A DNA stretch of 33,973 nucleotides from positions 1 to 33,973 of the forward strand of contig JBDREN010000121.1 in assembly GCA_043819795.1 (NCBI GenBank), given 5' to 3'. The stretch comes from Elusimicrobiota bacterium (GTDB taxonomy: Bacteria > Elusimicrobiota > Elusimicrobia > UBA1565). Both the position numbers and the translations under genes were made by a program. Below, in pieces: positions 26,659-33,973 of this stretch (positions are counted from its first letter, which is position 1; every line of letters starts with the position of its first letter). The notes beneath the pieces were generated by a model. It was not told the DNA's origin. It ran no database searches and was given only the letters and a program-made list of their open reading frames with translations.

Positions 26659-27036
26659 ATGAAACGAGCACTGGTGATCGGACTCGCCCTGGCCTCTTTC
26701 GCGGCCGTGGCCCACACCGCCTCCGAGGCGAGGATCCGCAACATCCGGATCGACATCCACGACCAGGACGCCTGCAAGAGCGGGCCCTGGATCGGCATCA
26801 ACTTCTCGGTGCGGACCGACGACGGGAACACCATGCGCCACCGGATACACGCCTCCTGCGGCTACACGCTCAACAAGCGGTACGAGGAAGACGGCATCGA
26901 GTGCAAGGCCACGTCGGGCATGTGCACCGGCTACGGCTTCTACGGCTCCCGCGGCGAGATCGAGATCGAATGCCGGGCCGGGCGCTACGGCCATCGTCGC
27001 AGGGAGACCGCCACCTTCACCTGCCCCTCCGACTGA
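26659..27036 (+). CDS. Small secreted six-Cys protein, paralog B
   Basis: GGAGGA SD, signal peptide MKRALVIGLAL..., and the same six Cys positions as paralog A. Confidence 0.85.
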   Translation: MKRALVIGLALASFAAVAHTASEARIRNIRIDIHDQDACKSGPWIGINFSVRTDDGNTMRHRIHASCGYTLNKRYEEDGIECKATSGMCTGYGFYGSRGEIEIECRAGRYGHRRRETATFTCPSD

Positions 27037-27106
27037 CCTAAGAAGGAATCCGTTTCCGCGGCTCCGGTCCGGGAAGGCCGACGGCCTCCTGCCGCCGCCG
27101 GCAGCC

Positions 27107-27355
27107 TCAATCCTTCAGGATGATCCCGGCGTGGAAGAGATAGCCGAGGACGCCGAACGCGAGGACGCACACGGCGCCGATGACGGCCGATCTCGCCACG
27201 AAGCCGGGAAGATAGGAGAAGCGGCCGGCGTTGACGATGAGGAGGGTCGCGCCCGCGAAGGAGCCGGACCATAGCCCGTAAGCCAGGGTCTTCCGGAGCA
27301 TCCGTTTGTTCTCCGGGTTCAAAAAATCCTTAACGCTCTGCATCCCGCCGGCCAT
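27107..27355 (-). CDS. Small two-TM membrane protein
   Basis: 82 aa with two hydrophobic segments. Starts 14 nt after the upstream gene's stop. Confidence 0.65.
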   Translation of the reverse strand: MAGGMQSVKDFLNPENKRMLRKTLAYGLWSGSFAGATLLIVNAGRFSYLPGFVARSAVIGAVCVLAFGVLGYLFHAGIILKD

Positions 27356-27369
27356 GATCCCGCCCGGGG

Positions 27370-28788
27370 CTAGGGCGCCTGCTGCATGCCTTCCTCGGCG
27401 CCCGCCTGGGTGCTGTCGCCCTCCCCTTCAATGATCTCCCCCTGCTCATGCTGGCCGTAGTCTTCCTTGACATCCTTGCCCATCTGGCTGGCCTGGCCGC
27501 CCATCATCATGGCGACCACGAGAAGGGCGATGCCCGCCCCGACCATGACCCAGCCGACCGCCGACAGCCAGCCCGTCGCGATCAAGGCGATGCCGATCAG
27601 AAGCAAGGCGATGCCCGCGACGGTGAGCATCTTCGCGGTGGAGGTCAGCTGCTGGGACTGGTCCACCATGTCCTGGTAAGGGGTGACGTTCTCTCCCTCG
27701 ACATCCCCGGGCTGGCAGCCGCCGCCGGGCACGGGAGTCATGCCTTCGGGACACGTGGAGCTTCCGCCCTCCCCGCCAGCGGTCATGTCCGGGGCCCCGG
27801 TGCCCACCGGCTGGACCGACGAGGGCATCCCCTCTCCGATGCCCGAGCCCTCCAGGCCCCCGCCCTCGGTGTTCGTCTGCTCGAAGGCGTCCGCGCCATA
27901 GGTCGCCGCGGTCGTCGCCGCGCCCGCCCGCGCCGCCTGATCCGAGCGCCTGCCCGCGAACTTCAGCTGCCCCATGCTGCTGCCCGACGCCATCCGGCGG
28001 GTGCTCATCTGCTTGCCCATCTGGGCCTTCTTGCCGCGACGCAGCGCGCCCGTCTTGCCGCCGGCGGTCCCCCTCTTCTTAAACTCGGTGATGTCGGCGA
28101 GGTTCTGCTTATCCTTCTTTCCCATGTCCTTCATCTGGAACCCCGTCCCGCCGGAGAAGATGTTGTGCTTGCCGAAGTCTCCTCCCACCCGGGAGCTCAG
28201 CTTCGAGCCCGACAGGTTATGGGCCAGCTTCCCGCCTTGGGAGAACTGGTCCGGCGTCTCCGGAAGCCCCTCCGCCGGGGCCGCCGCGCCCTCGGCCTCC
28301 GCCGGGGCTCGCGACGGCTCTTCCCGTCCGCCCGGAGCCTCCCGTGTGCCCGGCGCGTTCGGGTCCTTCCAGCGGACCTCCCCCTTGCTGGCCGCGGCCA
28401 TGTAGGCGAGTGACTTGCTCCCCTGGCTGTCGCGCTTGTCGACTTTGACCGTGGTGGAGATCGGCCCGAGGCGAGCGGTCCGGGCCGGCCGCGGCTTATG
28501 GACTTTCCCTTGCTGAACGACCCCGTAGCCCACCAGACCGGCTCCCGTGGCCGCCAGAGCCATCGCGGCGATGCCGAGCTTGCCGGTGAGCACCGCCTTG
28601 AGCCCCACGGCCGCCGCGACCCCGCCCGCCTTAGCCGCCGCCCCGCCCGCTTGGGCCCCGCCGGGCAGCGGCAGCCCGAACCCCTTGCGCTCATCCTCCT
28701 TCGGTTTGAGCGTGGGGATATCCACTTCCACCGGCGTCCCGGCGCCTCGGCCGTCTTGCCCGCCGATCAGCTCCTTCTTTTCGTCCAT
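27370..28788 (-). CDS. Hypothetical Gly/Ala-rich membrane protein with N-terminal anchor and C-terminal hydrophobic hairpin
   Basis: GGAGG SD, strong promoter upstream, a hydrophobic segment near the N-terminus and two adjacent TM helices near the C-terminus. Confidence 0.75.
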   Translation of the reverse strand: MDEKKELIGGQDGRGAGTPVEVDIPTLKPKEDERKGFGLPLPGGAQAGGAAAKAGGVAAAVGLKAVLTGKLGIAAMALAATGAGLVGYGVVQQGKVHKPRPARTARLGPISTTVKVDKRDSQGSKSLAYMAAASKGEVRWKDPNAPGTREAPGGREEPSRAPAEAEGAAAPAEGLPETPDQFSQGGKLAHNLSGSKLSSRVGGDFGKHNIFSGGTGFQMKDMGKKDKQNLADITEFKKRGTAGGKTGALRRGKKAQMGKQMSTRRMASGSSMGQLKFAGRRSDQAARAGAATTAATYGADAFEQTNTEGGGLEGSGIGEGMPSSVQPVGTGAPDMTAGGEGGSSTCPEGMTPVPGGGCQPGDVEGENVTPYQDMVDQSQQLTSTAKMLTVAGIALLLIGIALIATGWLSAVGWVMVGAGIALLVVAMMMGGQASQMGKDVKEDYGQHEQGEIIEGEGDSTQAGAEEGMQQAP

Positions 28789-28897
28789 AAAACAACCTCC
28801 CCCGCCGACACCCGGCCGGTCTCGACGGGAACGAGGGACCGCCTCTCAGCGTCCCGACGTGAGAGAGCGCAAAAATGAAGCCCTGCCTTCTATTACG

Positions 28898-28926
28898 AGT
28901 GTAGACCCGGCCCCTTGCTTTGTCAA
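28898..28926 (-). promoter_or_regulatory. Near-consensus sigma70 promoter
   Basis: TTGACA-N17-TACACT on the minus strand. Confidence 0.75.
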
Positions 28927-28955
28927 GGGACCTTTAAGGAAGGAGGAAGGGGAAG

Positions 28956-29041
28956 GCGTCAGGCTGCAACTCATGAAACTTATTGCGCCCCTGCCGACAA
29001 CAGCTCTCCCGCAATAAGTTTCATAAGTTGCAGCCTGACGC
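28956..29041. repeat. 32-bp inverted repeat (1 mismatch) with 22-nt spacer (REP-doublet-like element, copy 2)
   Basis: GCGTCAGGCTGCAACTCATGAAACTTATTGCG (28956-28987) versus CGCAATAAGTTTCATAAGTTGCAGCCTGACGC (29010-29041). Confidence 0.9.
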
Positions 29042-29042
29042 T

Positions 29043-32000
29043 TTATCTTACGACGGCGAACTTGCCGGCTTTCCGGATCGGGGCCTCGCCCGACTTCTCG
29101 GCGACGAACGTGTAGAGGTAGACGCCGCTCGGGATATGGCCCTCCCACGCGTACTCGTAGGCGTATTCGCCGCCTATGAGCTGGGGCGCGCCCTCCAGGC
29201 TCGCCTCGGCCACCTGCTGGCCGGCCGTGTTGTATATCTGGAACGTCACCTTGTCGGCGATGCCCACCTCCGCGTGGATCGTCGGCCTCGCCCCGCCGGC
29301 CGCCGGATTCGGGAACACGTACGCCTCGCGAAGCGCGAACGTGCCGTCCGCCGCGATCACCGCCAGCTTCTTATCCTTCTGCGACTTGGCGATCGTGAAC
29401 GTCACCACCTCCGTGTCGCTCAGGCTCGAAGGCTGGCCGTCGGTCTCGGTCGCGGTGAAGGCCGCCGTGAACACGAACGGGCCCACGCCCAGCAGGTCCC
29501 CCGGAAGCGGCGTCCAGATGAACGCTCCCGTGGCCGAATCGAACGCCCCCGCCGCGCTCGCGGGCATGCCTGAGAGGTCCGCGCTCAGCACCAAGTTATT
29601 GGCCGGGATGTCCGGGTCCGCCGCGTTCACCGTAAAGCTTACCGGCGAGTTCGCCAGCCCCGCCCGGTCCCCGATCGCAGCGAGCGCCGGCGCCGCGTTG
29701 ACCTCCGTCACCGTGATGCTCACGCTCGCCGTCGCGCTCAGGTTCGAGGGCTGACCGTCGGTCTCCGCGGCCGTGAACGACGCGCTGTAGCTCCCGGGGC
29801 CGTCCGCCTCACCCGGCATCCAGCTGAACGCGCCCGTGCCCGGATCGAAGGACGCCCCCGCGGGCAGGCCCGAGAGGTCCGCGCTCAAAACCAGCGTGTT
29901 CGGCGTCGAGTCGTTGGGATCGGTGGCCGTCACCGTAAAGCTCAAGGCCGCCCCCTCCGTCAGCGTCCGGTCCGCGATCGGCGCCAGCGCGGGCGGGTCG
30001 TTGACGCCGTTATCCGCCGACACCGTGATCGTCACCATTTCCGCGTCGCTCAGGTCCGACGGCGAGCCGTCGGTCTCGATCGCGCTGAACACAGCCGTGA
30101 ATACCCCCGCCTCGGCCGGCGTCCAGCTGAACACGCCCGTCGCCGGGTCGAACGAAGCCCCGGTCGGCAGGCCCTCCAGGTCCGCGTTCAGGCTCAGGCT
30201 GTTGGCCGGGATGTCCGGGTCCGAGGCCGTGATCGCGAAGCTCAAGGGCGCGCCCATCACGGCCGTCTTCGCGCCGATCGGATCGAGCACCGGAGCGCGG
30301 TTCGTCTCCTCCACCGTGATCGTGATCGTCTCCGAATCGCTCAGGTTCGCAGGGTCGCCGTCCTGCTCTATGACCGTGAACGTCGCCGCATACGAGCCCG
30401 GACCGTCCGCCTCCCCCGGCGTCCAACTGAACTCTCCGGTCCCCGGATCGAAGTACGCCCCATCGGGCAGGCCCGAGAGGTCCGCGCTCAATACCAACGC
30501 GTTGGGCTCCGCGTCGCTCGGGTCCGTCGCCCGCACCGTGAAGCTCAGGGGCGCTCCCTCCGACGCCGCCTGGTCCCCGATCGCCGCCAGCACCGGCGCG
30601 TCGTTGGTCCGGTTGTCCGCGTTCACCGTGATGGTGATGGCCTCGGAATCGTTCAGGTTCGTGGGGACGCCATCGGTCTCCGTAGCGCTGAATACCGCGC
30701 TCAGCGTGAAGGGCCCGGGACCGTTGAGCTCCGACTGCGTGGGCGTCCAGCTGAACTCGCCCGTCGCCGGGTCGAAAGAGGCGGTCGCGGGCAGGGCCGA
30801 AAGGTCCGCGCTCAAGGCCAGCGTATTGGCCGGGTCGTCCGGGTCCGTCGCCGCCACCGTGAAGCTGAGCAGCGTGCCCCGCACCACCGTCTGGTCGCCG
30901 ATCGCCGCCAGCACCGGAGCCTTATTGCCCTCCAGAACCGTGATCGTGATCGTCTCGCTGTCGGAGAGGTTCTCGGGCTGACCGTTCGTCTCCGCCGCCG
31001 TGAACGTCGCGCTATAGCTCCCGGGGCCGTCCGCCTCCGCGGGCGTCCAGCTGAACGCGCCCGTCACAGGGTTGAACCCCGCGCCATCGGGGAGCCCCGA
31101 CAGGTCCGCGCTCAACGTAATCGCGTTCGCGGACGGGTCGTTGGGGTCGGTCCCCGAGATGGTGAACGCCAGCGCCGAGCCCTCCGCCACCGTCTTGTCG
31201 CCAATCGGGTCGAGCGCCGGCGGGTCGTTCACCGCGTTGTCCTCGTTCACCGTGATCGTCACCGTCTCCGTGTCGCTCAGGTTCGTCGGGCTGCCGTCGG
31301 TCTCGATCGCCCTGAAGATCGCCGTGTAGGTCCCCGGTCCGTCCGCCTCGCCCGGCGTCCAGCTGAACGCGCCCGTCCCGGGATCGAACGAGGCGGCGGC
31401 CGGCAGGCCCGTCAGGTCCGCGCTCAACACCAGAGTGTTCGCCGGCACGTCCGCGTCCGCCGCCGTCACCGTGAAGCGCAAAGTCGCCCCCTCCACCACC
31501 GCCTTGGCCCCGATCGCCCCCAGCACGGGCGCGCTGTTCGTCTCGGCCACCGTGATGGTGATGGTCTCCGTGTCGCTCAGGTTCGAGGGGTCGCCGTCCG
31601 TCTCGTCCACGCGGAACGTCGCGCTGTAGCTCCCAGGCCCGTCCGCGTCCGCCGGCGTCCAAGCGAACGCGCCCGTCAGAGGGTCGAACGAAGCCCCTTC
31701 CGGCAGGCCCGTCAGGTCCGCGCTCAAAACGAGCGTGTTCGGGTCCGGGTCCAGAGGGTCCGACGCCCTCACTGTGAAGCTCAGCAGCGCGCCCTCCGAC
31801 GCCGTCTTGTCACCGATCGACGCCAGCAGCGGGGCGTCGTTGATGCGGTTGTCGGACTCCACGGTGATGGTGATCGTCTCCGAGTCGCTCAGGTTCGCGG
31901 GGCTGCCGTCCGTCTCGGCCGCCGAGAACGACGCGGTGAACACGAACGGGCCGCCACCGGAGAGCTCCGTGTTCGTCGGCGTCCAGGAGAACACGCCCGT

Positions 32001-33973
32001 GGCCGGATCGAAGCTCGCGCTCGGCGGCATGCTGGCGATGTCCGCGCTCAAGGCCAGCGTGTTGGCCGGGATGTCCGGGTCCGAAGCCGACACGGTGAAC
32101 GTGAGCAGCGTGCCCTTGATCACCGTCCTGTCACCAATCGGGGCCAGCACCGGCGCCTGGTTGATCTCGCCCACAGTGATCGTGATCGTCTCGGAATCGG
32201 ACAGGTTCGACGGCTTGCCGTTGGTCTCGGTCACGGCGAACGTGGCCGTATAGCTGCCGGGACCGTCCGCCTCACCGGGATGCCAGGCGAAGTCGCCCGT
32301 GGCCGCGTCGAACGCCGCGCCCGCGGGCAGGCCCGAGAGGTCCGCGCTCAAGGACAGGCTGTTGGCCGGGATATCCGGGTCCGAAGCCGACACCATGAAG
32401 CTCAACGCCGAGCCCTCCGCCACGGAACGGTCCCCCACCGCCGCCAGCACCGGCGCCTCGTCCACCTCCGTCACCGTGATGGTGATGGTCTCGGAAGCCG
32501 ACTCGTTGGGGGTGCCGTCGTCGGTCACCGTGAAGACGGCGGTGTACTCGCCGGGCCCGTCCGCCTCGGCCGGCGTCCAACTGAACTCGGCGGTCGCGGG
32601 GTCGAAGGCCGCGCCCGCGGGCAGGCCGGAGAGCTCCGCGCTGAACGTCAAACCGTCGGCCGGGTCGTCCTTCGGGTCCGAGGCCGTGATGATGAAGCTC
32701 AAGAGGGAGCCCTCGGCCACGATCTTCGCCCCAATCGCGTCCAGGACGGGCGCGTCGTTGACCGGGTTCACCGTGATCGCGACCGTCGCCTCATTGGCCG
32801 ACTCGTCCGTCCCGTCCGACACCTTGTAGGTGAACGCGTCCGCTCCATGGTAGTCCGCGGACGGCGTATAGGTGAGCGTCCGGCCGTCCTCGCCCAACGC
32901 GATCACGCCGTTCGCCGACTGGGTATAGAACGCCACCGTCAGGTCCGCGTTGTCGTTGTCGATGTCCGTATCGTTGGCCAGGGCGTCCAGGGCGACCGGA
33001 GCGTCCTCGTCGGTGGCGGCCGAGTCGTCCACCGCGGCCGGGGCGTCGTTGACCGGCGCGACCGTGATCGTGACGGTCGCGGCGGCGGACTCCTCAAGGC
33101 CGTCGAACGCCATGTAAGTGAAGGAGTCCTCCCCCGTTGAACTCCGCGTTCGGGGTATAGGTGAACGTCCGCTCGTCCTCGCCCAGCGCCAGCTGGCCGC
33201 CGGCGGGCTGGGTGAAGGTCGAGACCGTCAGCTCGTTCTCGTCCGGATCCGTGTCGTTGGCCAGGACGTCGATCTGAGCGGCCGCGTCCTCGTCGGTCGC
33301 GGCGGAGTCGTCGTTAGCCGTGGGCGAGGCGTTGGGGACGGTGAACACGAAGCGAACCGCCGTAACTCCCGGACTCTCGACCCCGGTGATATCACTCGTC
33401 TCGCCATCCACCGTGTACGTGTGGTCCCGCGCGACGGTCACTCCCGCATAGGGGCGCAACCCCCCGTACTCAGCCGCCAGGACGGCCATTCCGCCCTCCA
33501 AGATATGGACGGTCTGCGGGGCGGGAAGCCGCTGACCCGTCGGAACGCCGAGCCCTTTGCTGCTGAACACCAGGTCGCCGTCGAGCGGATTGCCGTACTG
33601 GTCGGCGATCGAAAAAGGGACGTCGTTATAGTCGTCCGGATAGACGAACCGGATCGCGGTCGTCCCCGGCGTTGCGGACTCGACCGACTCCGCGGTGATC
33701 GGGTCCACCGTATAGGTATGGCCTCGGGTCACCGTGATGCCGAGGTAGGGACGGAAGCCCCCGAACTCGGCGGCGAAACCCACCCTCCCGCCCTCGATCA
33801 CCCGGATCGTGAACGGCGCGTCGTAGTATTGGCCCGGCGTCGCGCCCACCCCGTGCGTGTTGAAGGCGAGCTTGGCGGGCACCGCGGCGCCCGACCCGTC
33901 CACCGTCTCGATGGGGACGTCGTTGTAGTCCGCCGGAAATACGAAGCGGATCAGCGTGGTCCCGGGGGTCGGC
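29043..33973 (-). CDS. Giant surface/adhesin-like protein (5'-truncated): ~99-aa repeats, two cadherin-like repeats, 11 Ig-like repeats and a T9SS-type-A-like C-terminal domain; one extra G at 33131-33135
   Basis: The frame is open to the window end. Removing one base from the G5 run restores NGEDSFTYMAFDG, matching HGADAFTYKVSDG in the next repeat. C-terminus reads YVFPNP...QIYNTAGQQV...W...SGVYLY...KFAVVR. Confidence 0.88.
29390..32760 (-). repeat. 11 tandem ~100-aa Ig-like coding repeats
   Basis: Recurring N.(A/P)P.L..IG......G..L.FT..A.DP....N.L.LSADL.GLP..A.FDP.TG.FSWTP...ETDG.P.NLSD.ET.TITV. Confidence 0.9.

Noticed and set aside
29390..32760. CRISPR or non-coding repeat array suggested by recurring AGGTCCGCGCTCA
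   Set aside because: The recurrence is in frame at about 300-nt spacing and encodes LSADL of the Ig repeats.

Overview
High-GC bacterial chromosomal region, probably Elusimicrobiota. That assignment is an inference from the C-terminal sorting-like domain of the giant protein and the signal-peptide plus Ala/Pro-rich N-termini. The left half is metabolic: the 5' end of tdh, an isolated pduS(frameshifted)-pduT microcompartment pair, an unknown outer-membrane protein, a GltD-like oxidoreductase, a eukaryote-type citrate synthase, and a deaminase/xanthine-dehydrogenase-family operon. Divergent from that operon is a tightly coupled ThiF/MoeB, ubiquitin-like (GG-ending) and long KamA-type radical-SAM trio. 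The right half is mostly secreted or membrane proteins: a LamG protein, HD-GYP and CPBP proteins sharing an odd leader, tandem six-Cys paralogs, and a giant Ig-repeat protein that is frameshifted and truncated by the window edge. The best non-coding signals are two long inverted-repeat elements 24 kb apart sharing GCGTCAGG-N4-AACT-N5-AACT, and a GGACC-WA-GGYCCC-like palindrome upstream of three signal-peptide genes. No CRISPR array, tRNA, rRNA or transposase was seen.
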